A DNA stretch of 62,033 nucleotides, counting the filler, from Choristocarpus tenellus KU-1152 (Eukaryota; Protista; Phaeophyceae): the NCBI GenBank assembly GCA_964200185.2. It is 12 parts of 12 records of this genome, joined end to end, with 100 filler letters (N's around TTAATTAATTAA, not from the genome) between each part and the next. Parts side by side here need not be neighbours in the genome. Positions count along the whole stretch, not along the records: positions 1 to 16,743 come from CAXNAD020000780.1; positions 16,844 to 20,040 come from CAXNAD020021616.1; positions 20,141 to 25,408 come from CAXNAD020011308.1; positions 25,509 to 31,610 come from CAXNAD020008931.1; 8 more parts are not named here. One strand, 5' to 3'. The notes beneath the pieces were generated by a model. The model did no database searches. It was given only the letters and a program-made list of their open reading frames with translations, and was not told where the DNA came from. A program made the translations under genes and the position numbers. Of the stretch, positions 13,402 to 25,599 are shown in pieces (within the stretch, counting starts at the first letter, position 1; each line of letters begins with the position of its first letter).

Positions 13402-16400
13402 TCAAGGTCTGTATGGTGGGGGCAGATCATCATCAGCCTGAGAATGTGTTTCTGGTGGTGCACTACCACCACTGCTGCCCGCATCGAAGTACCCTGGATA
13501 TGCATTTGGAGGCTGGTGCACTGGAGGCTGTTGCTGCTGTTGTGGCGGCAGCGGCACCGACAACGGTGCTCCCCCCTGAGCAAACCCAGCAGGTACGTCA
13601 GCCCCTCCCATTTTGGCTCCCCTTGCGTTTGGTGGTATTTTTTTGGTCTCCATGTAGCTAAGGAATTGACCCGGTATCTCCGCGAGCACATGTTTCGCAA
13701 GGGCATGCTGTGCACTTGTACTTGTACCTGTGAATTCCCGGAAGGGTACAAACTGTACCATATCCCGTGCTGCTCTCACACCCGATGAAGGGGAAACCAG
13801 GCGTTGTCGGTCACCATCGAGGTGTTCCATGGATGTAAATTCTGCATCCCCCACTCCCACAATTACAATACTAAGGGGGAGAGACGAGGCCTCCACAATA
13901 CCATGAATTGTGGCATCCTTTTCAGTGTGGAGATTGAGGCGCGGAAAGGGGGAGGCAGGCAGGGGATGTGCTAAGGATCATGAATGCATGAAGTTGAGGC
14001 TGTTTCTGGGGGGGGAGGGGGGGGGGGGACTGAACTTTGGCTCGTGAATCCAAGGCAGAGGATAAGGCAATGCAGAGCAGGCATGATTGGCTGGGCATAT
14101 ACAGGTGGGTGGTATCGAAATTTTTTACTGATTTATGTCAGAATCGGCAAGGTGCACACAAGGCAAACATATGTTCTATTCACAACATCCAAAATAATAC
14201 TCTTGGCTTAAGTCCACCTATATATCACTGCCAGAACTATCCCTACTTGTCAGTGTTGTCACAAGTGAGTCCTTACCATGTCATTGATGATTCCATCTGT
14301 GATAATGCACAGCACGAAGTACTTCTTCCCAGGCTGCCCATAAGCAACAAGCAGACAGATGAATGGACAAACCAACACGTTATATCAACAGGAAGGCATT
14401 GTCAGGTGTGAGTTGGTAGTCAATAGTGAAGCAGGCAAATAGGTACACAGCTACAATAATACTGAAGGGTGTGGTGTGGTGTGGTGTGGGTGGAGGTAGA
14501 ACTACTGTTCTCGCGGCCTGGCTAAGTTAATGTTAAATATCAAAGTATGTTATTACTATTCCTATTGTATGTGTGGGGTTAGGGTTCGAGTTCCAAGCAG
14601 GAGGATTCAGATGTCTTTGAAGCACTTCATTGTAGCGTTAGTACTATTGAGTTTATCGACTCTGATGATACTCTCTCATTTCTGTGACATGCCACAATAA
14701 GCAATCCTACTTACATCACACTTGCACGGAATGAAGCCGTTACAACAGTAGTTGTGTACGCAAATTATTGTTATTTTCAAAAATAAAATAAAACAAAAAA
14801 CGTAAAATATACATACATATATATACATTAATATTACCCCTCACAAATACCTCCAGCGATGCACTGAGAACCTTGAGAGAGTACTCACAGTTGAAATGCC
14901 TGTTTTCTTCAAATGATTCCGACTAAAACGCCTATATTCTCCTCACCTCTCCCCCTCACATCCACAAAAACATCATGAAACTTGTGCAATGGTAGAAGAA
15001 GACAAGACCATATTTTTTCTTCATAAAATGAAGATGATAAGAGGTACGGCAAACTATGGTAGTGGTGTCAAGGCACACATCTATCACACTTGCACAGTGG
15101 GCACCAATCTCCAGAAAGAAGGTAAAAATGCATTCCTTCACCAAAAATAAAAACAAGCACCTTAAACATACACAAACCAACAAGTAATACGAATCAACGC
15201 ACACACCCCAGAGTCAAAATAGCAAAGAGGGGAGGGGTGCCGCTGAGTTCTAAGGACCCCTCCAACTTTCTGGTGGCACACGTTTTTAACTACAAAGTCC
15301 ACTACTGTAGAGTGCATTTTGTTTGGTGCTGCTTTGTGAGTATGATCAAGTGCGGAAAGAAGCTATCCTTATCGATGCACTCTTTCAAACTACTTCATAT
15401 TTGAAACAAAAAGCTAAAAACCCTTGAACTCAAAATGGCTGTAGCACACACACCCCATCCCAGCTACTTCAACCAACTCCCAGCATGTCAAATGTCACAC
15501 TCTTCAGCCATCCTGACCATACTTCCCAATGACTTCAGTCACACAAGGGCTAACAAACACCCGCAATTCAATGTGCAGAATTCCTAAGCCCAAACTACCA
15601 CCTACTCACACCAAACATCACATGCACTCCTATAGTTTCTTAACAGCAGATAAATTAATTCCATACAGTATGAATAGATCTTGTACCACAACAAGCACAG
15701 CTACAACATAACCAAGGGGCAAAGGGGTTAAATAAATCACTGACCAAATCATCATTTTCTGAGTTTCTTGCCACAATTGCTGCTTGATTGATCACAGATT
15801 GGAATATTGTAGGCCCGGAAAGCTGCACTCTCCTCAAGCTGTCATAGTACACCTAGGGACAGGTCCACAAGACATAAGCAGCACAAGTGAGGTACAAAAC
15901 CTTTAGAATGAGACATTCTAGGAAGGCGTCGGCGGCAACCAGCAGCAGGAGAACTGTGCAAAGACAAGGCACGCACAAATATGATGACAAGAGTGGTTGA
16001 AGTGGCATCACTGACTGATGCTTGACATAACATTAGGTCTTGCATTTCTTGGGAAGGGGGGGGGGGGGTCATTTGTATGACTTACATTTTAGGCTACAAA
16101 AGACACTACAGCAACGATTTTCAACTTTCAAACACCACCGGGTGTGTTTCTTCAATAACCAACCCGCACAAGACAGGCTTCAAATGACTCACATAATATG
16201 ACTCACATAATAGTCAAGAGTACCATGTTAGCTCAAACTATGAGCAAGTTCCTCACAAGAACATAAAAGTAGCTGCGATACACAGTAGAGTCGCCCTTCA
16301 CCTTCAAATACCTTCTACTTCACAATATTACAGTATCATATATCACCAGACCTAATCGACACATGCAAAAAATACACAGAAGCAGGAGTGTTGAACCTAT

Positions 16401-16587
16401 CATACAAGACAGAACTCCCTCAACACCTCCCCCAACCACAGTATCATTTGCCTCACCTGAATAACTCCATCCATAAGCGCCACCTCAGGGGCTTGATCAT
16501 GCCCATTCACAGCAAAGCAATGATTAACAGGTTGACCAGGACCAAGTTTGCCCCCAAAACCATATACAGGAAACAGCTTGTCTGTGT
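13402..16587 (-). CDS. Copine (C-terminal vWA domain), paralog B; exons 16587-16457, 15852-15745, 14333-14277, 13917-13402; 5' end lost at the contig break
   Basis: DKLFPVYGFGGK..NHCFAVNG, YYDSLRRVQLSGPTIFQSVINQAA, KYFVLCIITDGIINDM, IVEASSLPLSIVIVGVGDAEF..RDMVQFVPF..VLAEIPGQF. All junctions are GT-AG and in frame. Confidence 0.93.
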
Positions 16588-16743
16588 CTGACATGCGCAT
16601 GCATGAGTGTTTGTTTGTATTGCGCAGTGGGCATCGGCCGTTACAATTTTTTGTTTTTTTAAAGGAAAACTTCACAGTAACGAGAAGGGGGGGGGGGGGG
16701 GGGGGGGGGGGAAAAAAAAAAAATATCTTAAGCCCCTTCGGGG

Positions 16744-16843
16744 NNNNNNNNNNNNNNNNNNNNNNNNNNNNNNNNNNNNNNNNNNNNTTAATTAATTAAN
16801 NNNNNNNNNNNNNNNNNNNNNNNNNNNNNNNNNNNNNNNNNNN
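16744..16843. other. Artificial contig spacer (44N-TTAATTAATTAA-44N); identical spacers at 20041, 25409, 31611, 34343, 39092, 41799, 46597, 49562, 53561, 58884
   Basis: Eleven identical 100-nt blocks carrying a six-frame stop linker. Confidence 0.98.
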
Positions 16844-19723
16844 AAAGCACCACAAGGTGCCAGAGGTTGTATTTTAAGCAGTCCTCGCGTAAGTGTGTTC
16901 GAGGGTCCTGGCGTAGCTATGTGAGTCGCATATCACTAGTAGTGGTGCTACAGATCCAGTACACATGGGTATGCCCCCAATTGCATTCAACATCGCCATT
17001 TTCACCAAGGGGGGGGTTGTAGCTACCATGCTCCAGAATATCTCCGTCTACTGGTCCCTGCCTTGGGAAATGTGAAGGATATCCCACACCGCCTGTTTGC
17101 TAATGGCCTGGTGAATTTCAGGGTGTATCGGAGAGCTTACAAAGAGAGGCGGGGTCAGACTCGCGATGGATGTAGGCGATCAGGGACTCCCTCACACGAC
17201 CCTCTGTTGAAGTTGTTCAGATTAAGTTCCGATGATAGGACATTGACGGTGTTTTGTCAGTTTGTTCAAGAGGAAGAGCCACCGACCTTCTACACTCTCG
17301 TACAAAGAAATCGATTGTATTCTACCGAATACTACTGTACTAAGTTTGGTGTAAGTAGTAGGTTACAATTTGTATATGTTAATACTATTATTGTTGTATA
17401 CACACAATATACAGTAGTATGCAAGATATTTTAGCATGTACAGGAATTATTATGTTTTTTGTACAATAGTGAAAAAAATCCTACCACGAAGGAATGTTCC
17501 AATCTTATTGACACATGCAGCAGACACCATCTTGCTTGGCCACAAGACCACAAAGCGTGGGGAAACAAGTGGTAGATCGACGACTACCCCCAAAGTGCAG
17601 CATAAATCGACCCCCCTGAAGCGACGTACAAGACACATTGTGGGTTCCTTCTACAGGGTGATCACCAATGTCTAACGGATGAATTGAGGCAAGCATTACC
17701 TCGCACCCGTGCACCTTGGTTGTACCGGTGTCTGTACTTTTCGTTCTAAGGGCCCACCAAGCTCCTCAAATTTGTGGATCTCACGATCGTCAGCCTCATT
17801 GCCCCTAGTATCCTCGACCATACCCAATCCTACCCGTTTCTCCTGTGAAAACGAGCTGGGGTGTACTATCTCATGCACCAAACATCGCGTTCCCCTCCAT
17901 CGTTGAATGCCCCAACACCCACGTTCCTCATGCCCTAAAATCTTGGTTGAGTGTCTAATAACCTCACTCACTCACTCCCTTTGTTTTTATGAGTTGGTTT
18001 TGAGTGAGTTATTGGTCTCAATTTTGAAGACTGTAGCTGAAGGGACCTGACCAATCTGTCGGTCCAATAAGATCAATAGAAATTCGATTACTTCAACAGA
18101 GTTGGAAGGGGAAATGCGCTGGAAGGAAGAGGGATGGGGTATATGGAGGTGTAGGTACTGTGTACTGTGCAATGAGGAAGCGATGGTGCTCCCGCCAAAT
18201 CAAGTCTTCCCCTTTTTCGGTTAATCTCACGCACTTACTGGATATGGGGGCGGAGATGACTTACGCTTGGTGAAGTTTGGGTCAGGACATCGTTATAGGA
18301 TGTTCTGCGATGTTGGATGCACAGTTGGTAATTTCGGTCTCTTGCTACTTGAGGGCGATATGGCCTTTTCTCTCTAGGCGAGTTGTACCACTGGAGTAGA
18401 AGAATTGATACCTTTAGGTTCGCCGGGGATGAAGCAAATATGATAGTGAATCATGAGTCCTACCAGAAACTTGGAAGATCTTGTGGTGACCTCGTTCGGT
18501 TCGTTCCCTTCCTCTTGGGGATTTGATGGACCACCGCAGTATAATTTGTGACGAGGGTTCGCGATCAGGCGTTGTTCGAGATGGGGTGGTGGGAGGTGAA
18601 GGTTGCGTCGACGCAGTGATTCCGTGGAGGTTTTCGTATGTTTTTGTATGGCACTAGATGCCGAATCCCTTCTCACCGCCTTGAGTTTAGAGGTGTCCCT
18701 CGCTGCGCGTCACTTTCCATTCCTACCTGTCGATCACTCTGGCAAACTCATATCACGTGGTGAAGTGACGTCGAATTTTACGTTGGCACGCAGTCCCTCC
18801 TCTGATCCACTTCTGTTTACAAGGGGAACTGAGAGCTTTTCGGTTGGGATATTGATTGCGTGGGTTGATTCCAGTCTCGAACGCAACGTCCTGTAATATA
18901 CTCTGCCCTTCTTGGTCTCTTGTGTTTGTTTTGGAAACACATTGGGAGGCACTCTAAGGTTCTATGTCCCTCATCCCGTCCTTCCCAACGTTTCCCACAG
19001 GGAGGGATTGTATAGGCACCCATTCTTGGTGGCGACGTCCTCATCATGGTGGGATGGATTGTTGCCCTATTGCTGCTGACGACTACAACAACTGCTGCAG
19101 GGTCACGGGCGAGATGCTTGAGGCCAAGGGGAAAATACGCATTTGGTGTGGAGAGCACTCGAGACGATTGGTGGCCAAGACACGTTGAGGCATCAGACAA
19201 CATGATGGATGGAATGTGAGGGGTTGAGACTTTCCAGGGTTATAAGATACTAAGTAAGAAGATCGGTACAATGTAAGGCGGTTGGTTTGTCTGATGGTAA
19301 ATTGTTTGATAACCTGACAATATATTTGGAAGGACATGCGACTACAAACACGTTGCCAAAAGTCCGACTTCATTCCCCTTCTCCCCTATGTAGTAGGACT
19401 ACAGAATCTGGATGGGTCACTATATTGATGAGGAGTGTATTTACGAGAGTGTGCATGGATGTACGAAGGTTTTGTTTGTACCTTTGTTGTGCTATCCCTT
19501 CTCCAAATATTCTATGCTGTACACGAAAAGATGAACCAAGCATTTCCAAGAAGCAAAGGAGGTTGGTTTACTATTCATATTGGTGAGGTTGCACTGAGGC
19601 ATGTATAGGTTTGTGTTAATACCTGGCAGTGCATAGCAAGTGGTTTGTGTGTGGTCTTTCTCTTTTTTTCCCCGTTACAATGTTGACAGCAGTAATGGTT
19701 GGAAGGCAGAGAAAATTGGATTT

Positions 19724-19906
19724 TCAAGTTTCTCTTGGGGGGGGGGGGGGATGGTTGTCCATTTGAGGCCCATTCTTTCATGTCGTGATTTTTGTGTGAT
19801 TTGGTTGCATGCGTGGAAATGGATGATGTAAGTGCACTTCTCCTGGTCAGGGCCCAAATGGACACCCTGGTGTAGACCCCCCCCCTCCCCCAGGATACTT
19901 TGAGCC
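19724..19906. mobile_element. MITE family B copy (about 180 bp, G/C-run ends; left end eroded)
   Basis: G-run, GTCCATTTG, CATGTCGTGATTTTTGTGTGATTTGGTTGCAT, AAATGGACACCCTGGTGTAGAC, C-run, GATACTTTGAGCC. Matches 30888-31068. Confidence 0.8.
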
Positions 19907-19967
19907 AAAATGAAGGCTTGCTTCAGCCAAGAGCCACGGTGTTTTTCTTTTGACTGAGAGTTGAACA

Positions 19968-20040
19968 GACCCAAAGTATTTGAGGGGGGGGGGGCTCTAC
20001 CCCAGAGCGCCCATTTGGACCCCAACCAGAAAAAGTGCCC
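19968..20040. mobile_element. MITE family B partial copy, truncated by the contig end
   Basis: GACCCAAAGTATTTGA, G-run, CTCTACCCCAGAGCGCCCATTTGG. Confidence 0.7.
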
Positions 20041-20641
20041 NNNNNNNNNNNNNNNNNNNNNNNNNNNNNNNNNNNNNNNNNNNNTTAATTAATTAANNNN
20101 NNNNNNNNNNNNNNNNNNNNNNNNNNNNNNNNNNNNNNNNATCACTCAATCAAGAATGATGTGATGTGAATTCAGTGTTCTTTCATGAGATGCTCAACGA
20201 AAGAAGTCCATGCTCTTTGGAGAGGCTTGTACCTTGGTTGGCAAGGGTTTCTGTGGATGGTTTTAACTCTGAATGTATTACATCCAGGTGTGGCATCAGG
20301 CACACTTATTGCAGAGTGAGGTTGGTGCATTATGAGGGATCAATGACAACCAAGAAAGAAATAATACTCAACAATTAACGTAACGTACAACTGTCATCTT
20401 CTGCTGATAAGAAGAAAGAAAAAAAAAAGGACAAAGAAGAGAACAAGAGAACAAGAGAACAAACTTGAATCAATATGTGATGCAACTCAAGTGACGCATA
20501 CTATTCCTGTGTGTAGAATGCAGAGAGACTGTTCTGTACCGCGGTGTTCTGGCGGTAATTGTTTTGGTGATGATGAACTAATGACAGTAACGACCAGTGC
20601 GTAACAGACAAATCAACAGTCATTGTTGGCTGGTGGAACTT

Positions 20642-20700
20642 GACCCAAAGTATCTGGGGGGGGAGGGGGTCTGCACCAGGGTGTCCATTTGGGCTCAACC
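20642..20700. mobile_element. MITE family B terminal fragment
   Basis: GACCCAAAGTATCTGGGGG..CTGCACCAGGGTGTCCATTTGGG. Confidence 0.7.
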
Positions 20701-20971
20701 CTCTCATACACTATATCTCTAGTAATACCTATATTTACCCAAACCCCACTCCCCCCAAATCATTAATAATAGTACAATTTATACTTCGAAGTTCATACAT
20801 TACTACGGTCTGGTTATTAAAACACATCGATTGGGTCTGTTGACTTGGATAATAGTATTTCTTACTGAGAGAATGTTGTTGTGTGATGATCTTTTGTTGC
20901 CTTCGGCTTTACCGTACAAAAAACATAATTTTTCCTTCCATGTCAGGGTCAATTCATCCTCTACAAAATTA

Positions 20972-21255
20972 GGATCAAAGTATCTGGGGGGGGTGGCGGC
21001 TATCCATTTGGGGCTATTTTTTTTTTGTCGCGATTCTTGGGTGATTTGGTTCCACACGTTGGATGGATAATGAAAGTGCACTTTTCCTGGTTTTGGTTCA
21101 AATGGACTCTCTGGTGTAGCTCCCACCCCCCCTAACCAGGAAAAGTGCACTTACATTATCCATCCGATGTATGCAACCAAATCACCATAAAATCGCGACA
21201 TGGACAAATGGGCCCCAAATGGACAGTCGCCACCCCCTCCCGAATACTTTGAGTC
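20972..21255. mobile_element. Inverted dimer of two MITE family B copies
   Basis: 20972-~21133 is a forward copy lacking its right TIR. ~21134-21255 is a reverse-oriented copy ending ATACTTTGAGTC. Confidence 0.8.
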
Positions 21256-21289
21256 AACTGTATCGTATCAAGGAAAAAGAGATGAGTAA

Positions 21290-21672
21290 CCTATGTTTTA
21301 ACACCCTGTGTTGCCATGTGCGATTGTGCTGGATCCGCCCCAGAACCCTCTTGTACAGCGGCTCCTGGACAACCTGTAACCCCCCAGTCAAGGCCTGCAT
21401 CTGGTCTTTGCTCAATGGTACGTGGGACCATGTCCCCTCCTGCGAGTTGCTCACAGTTGATAGAGCAGTATGAGGTTCCCGACCATAAATGATGTGGTAT
21501 GGTGGGGTGTTGTACCGTTCCTGATATCCTGTGTTCAGCGCCGATTTCACAGCAGGAAAATAGTTTACCCCCAGTCGCTGACTGGACATTGCCCCTTACT
21601 TAGCATCACCTTCAGTGTCCTGATCACCTAACGCATCATTGGATCCCCTGTTCCATTAGTCCAGGGGGAGTA
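21290..21672 (-). mobile_element. Gypsy-like LTR retrotransposon integrase relic
   Basis: SPWTNGT..VIRTLK..AVKSALNTGYQERYNTPPYHIIYGREP, interrupted by stops and frameshifts. This resembles the C-terminal part of a gypsy integrase core. Confidence 0.65.
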
Positions 21673-21899
21673 GTATTCCCTCCTTAACAATAGATACGAT
21701 ATTTCTGCAGTTATCATAACGTAAGGTTATCATTCAGATAGCTCTAATTCGCGATATAGTATCAAAACATTTATCTAGGGGTATGTATCACGATTTGAAT
21801 TTGTTGTTACTGTTATTTTTTGTGTGGGATTCATGAAAAGAGCTTCAAGATATACTTACACTGTCCTCAAATTTCCATCTGCAAACATGATTCTGGTTG

Positions 21900-24800
21900 A
21901 AGATCGACCTCGTCATTATTTACACTAGCAGTGCATACAGCTGTTCAACAACAGCTTAGTTAAAGATTGAGATTGCCATAGCTTACGGGGGAACTAACAC
22001 CGCTCTGACAAATTCTGAAGTTGATCTTGAGATCAACGTTGTCCGAGTAGCAGAGGTGAGTAAGACGTCAAGACTGTTGGTAATCCATGAGATTACTATT
22101 TTGGAGAGTTAGTCAAAGTAAACGAAAGGTTCCCAGAGTAACATTTCAAGGTTGCTGACAAATACGTGCATAGTTCGGCTTTAAAATCAGTACAGGATAT
22201 TTTCTGAACTGTGCCAAAAATTAAAAAAAACAGTAGAGATAAAGACTCTCAAGGCAAACATAAAATCTCATCTATATACATGGGTTAAGTGCAAAAAAAT
22301 GAAAAATGGTTTACAATTCAAAAAGGCGAAAACTCGGGTACCTCTAGTTTACTTGTGTTGAGTATTGTCGTATCTTCAGCCTACTGCAAAAAGCTAGTGA
22401 TTGCACACCATGTACTGTACGATTTGAAACTGAGTGTTCAAGAAGTTGGGCATTGTGGTCCGTTTACAGCATTATCCACAGATATGGAAGACTATTAAGG
22501 CACTGTACAAATTGTACGTATGGATGGTTTTTGCAGTACGATGCTCAGTACACCTACTAACGACAACACGTGAAGATCATTGTTATCTTTTTCAGTTTCC
22601 TGATAGAGGTCAGTTGGATTGGTAGTATACTGTGGTGAACGCATTCCAAGTATCACCATCCTATAAAGCACTAGGGTAATGTTAATTTGATAAGTTCTAT
22701 GTTTTAGAAATCTTTTGGGTGTTTTACAAGAAGTCCACCATGCAAAAAAACATTTCGTTGTAAATCGTTATCATATACTCCAGTATATGACATCCCGATA
22801 CATCCACTTTTTGCTATACATAACACTTGGACTCAATCTGCTTGGAAAGATAAGCTATATAGAGGGATCGAAATCCTCATCTCAAATTCTTACGGATCTG
22901 GTAAATGGATTGGTTAATGACGCTCACAGTTTGCGAGAGGAATGCAGCGCTGATCTTATGCAGCTTATCACCCAACTCACTGGTCCCTCCGGTAGAGAGT
23001 GTGAGTGACGATCTCTTGAAGGTTTCTGGGGATCAATTCCTCACAAATCTTGTGTTTTTGTGCATTTTACGAATGCTTTTATGTTTTGCATATATACATG
23101 CATATGTTGGTAGGTCTCCTACTAACAAAATTTCAACAGAGATATTTATGTATGAGTTAATGTACTAGATAAGTTTTTGCTGGAACTACTGTTTGCAAAA
23201 CGTGCAGAACAATAGTGCGTCAAGCCATACATTTAAAATTACATTTCCATATCACTACCACTTCTACCTTCAAACGGAAAGTTGTTGGAATTTTGTACTC
23301 ATGTCGCGTGTTCACAACTTAACGAAGTGATGTAAAGTATCTGCATGAGGTTGATGTCTACGGAAGAACAAAGATCTTGGTATCGATTTTATTGGATTGG
23401 CTTGAAAATGTGCTGATCACAAAAATATTTGTGCGAACATTTTATCGTACTCCTCTGCATTTTGTTTTTCGTAATGTAGAATTTGTACTGAACAAGATTT
23501 ATTATTGCTAATTTCGAAGATCAAGACTAATAATTTCCATGCATCATGGCTCTTCGTTTTCTAGGTATGTGTTGAATCCAGTGACCTCTGGACATCTTAA
23601 TTTGGGATTGTCCGTGGTTGATGTCAACTGCTTGGACAACCTGAGTCACACACATGAGATCGGACAGAACTTGGGGTGCTACCACGACTTCACCAATTCG
23701 GGTACTCAGACTAACCCCTATGCATACAGTTTCCGCTACTGCGATCATTCGTTCAAATGAGTTATCATTATTCTCCAATTACATTAAAGAACAGGTCAGG
23801 CTTGAAGTATTGACAGGAAGGAATGTAGGCAGGGTTTTTCTCAACTTGATGTTGCCGATAGTCGCAGTGCACAACGTAAGACCTTTGACAGTTTCCTTGT
23901 AATATTATACCATTTCGTGACTCTCCATAGAACATTGGTTACATAATATTTGTGAAGTAATTTTTTATATATATGGGAAAAAGGAAGTAGGATACGGTCC
24001 ATTATGGGTCTGTATGGTAAAATGAACATTTATCAGGAAAAGACAGTGCATTTTCCTTTTCGAGAAAGATTAGCAAGTTGAAAATATGGTTGAGGTTTCA
24101 ATTTACTTTACTCCCTCTTTTGACTTCGTGACGATATTTTGTGGTCCGTCTTGGTCCGCGGTGGAAGGTACGACATGTAGCTGTATGCGCCAAGCTCGAA
24201 TATCTTGTATATTGCGAAGGCTATTGAAGTTTCATTTTACGAATGTTTTGTGTTGGCCTGTGAATCGGGTACAACATTTCTGGATAATCTGTACTACTTG
24301 TCAACATTTGTACTGATCCTCTCACTCCTTTGTGTTCATCATATCCGTGAAGTATTCGTGCAGTTTTGTCCTACAGCAGTGGATGTGGTTTTGGTGCAAC
24401 GAGAATAAACTACTTCTCTAATCCAGATGTCAGCTGGATTGATGGCAATGCGTTCGGGAGCTCAACAGCAAACAACGCACAGCAAACTCCTTGATTCCAT
24501 GGTAACCACATGTAATTACTTGACGCTTATGCACTACTTTGTTAAAAACTAGCACTCACTGAATATTATAGAATCTAACCAATCTTCATAATCGTTTCTG
24601 TGACGGTGAAAACACTGCAGGGAATTATCGCCAACTTCTGATATTGTCCGGAACTTGGTGATGCATGTGACTCAACAGTGAAATGTTGTGAAGGAGATTA
24701 CACTGATGGCACTTGCCAGACCAGTATGACACGTAGTAATGCACAGTGAGTTGAATTTATATTTAGCACATTAGTCTCAAATGTTGTAAAAAAATATGTG

Positions 24801-25408
24801 AACATGAAACGTATATTGGCATACTTCTTCAAAGTATGTGCCAAAGTTCTCTTACCTAAAGCAGTTCCTTCCTATGCCTATAGATAAGGCAACAGAGAGA
24901 TGTATATGAGAAGATTCGTACAAAATTCCCTTTTTTGTGTCATTACCAGTAGTGAAGGGTTGCAAGAAATTATTTACACTATCATTTTCTAGACTACTTC
25001 TGTTTGGTTGGGGAACATTCACTTAAACATAAGTATCTTCTGTCAAGGCAAAGTCCATTTCTTTCTGTGCAAGCCTTACAATTTTGCCTCTGTAAAGATT
25101 CTTATTAACCCGGCACGCCTCATGTCAGCTTCTAATCTCAATATGATATTATATACTTACTGGCTACTGTTGAACTTACGAATTGAAACAGGTGTTGTAG
25201 GTGATCCTCATCTGACTGGACTTTCAGGTCAGCACTTCGATTTTACTGGTGAGAGTGGTGGTTGGTACAACCTGGCTTCTGACGGAGAGGTTACAATCAA
25301 TATGCGAGTGACTGCTGCAGTACCAGGTCTTCCAATCATCACATACTGTTACAGGCGAGTAGCGCGAGTATTTCTTCCCGCGCTTTGACTGGCGCGAGCA
25401 GTATACGC
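21900..25408 (+). pseudogene. Reprolysin-like (metzincin) metalloprotease + Cys-rich module + GDPH/VWD-like domain, disabled; exons approx. 21900-22055, 22850-23000, 23566-23757, 24353-24501, 24620-24723, 25192-contig end
   Basis: IDLVIIYT..TNTALTNSEVDLEINVV; HSLREECSADLMQLI; HEIGQNLGCYHD; RAVLSY..RINYFSNPDV..ANNA; IANF*YCPELGDACDSTVKCCEG; VVGDPHLTGLSGQHFDFTGESGGWYNL. Lesions: in-frame TAG at 21957-21959, TGA near 24638, and an apparent frameshift near 24485. Confidence 0.78.
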
Positions 25409-25599
25409 NNNNNNNNNNNNNNNNNNNNNNNNNNNNNNNNNNNNNNNNNNNNTTAATTAATTAANNNNNNNNNNNNNNNNNNNNNNNNNNNNNNNNNNNN
25501 NNNNNNNNGAAACGGACGCCCCCTCACAAACCACCCCCCCCCCTCAAGATACTTTGATCCTTCTCCTAGCAGAATAAACCATTAGTGAATGCTGTCAAC

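Noticed and set aside
16744-16843. Recurrent TTAATTAATTAA palindrome within N runs
   Set aside because: An artificial six-frame-stop linker joining contigs. Adjacency across spacers carries no biological meaning.
16844-19250. GC-richer coding-like patches and a splice-acceptor-like site at 19000
   Set aside because: All frames are interrupted by stops, with no recognisable motif or consistent exon chain.
21957-24640. In-frame TAG/TGA suggesting a reassigned genetic code or readthrough
   Set aside because: The same gene has a frameshift and has lost catalytic residues, while the copine, TPR, PP2A and MFS exons contain no internal stops.
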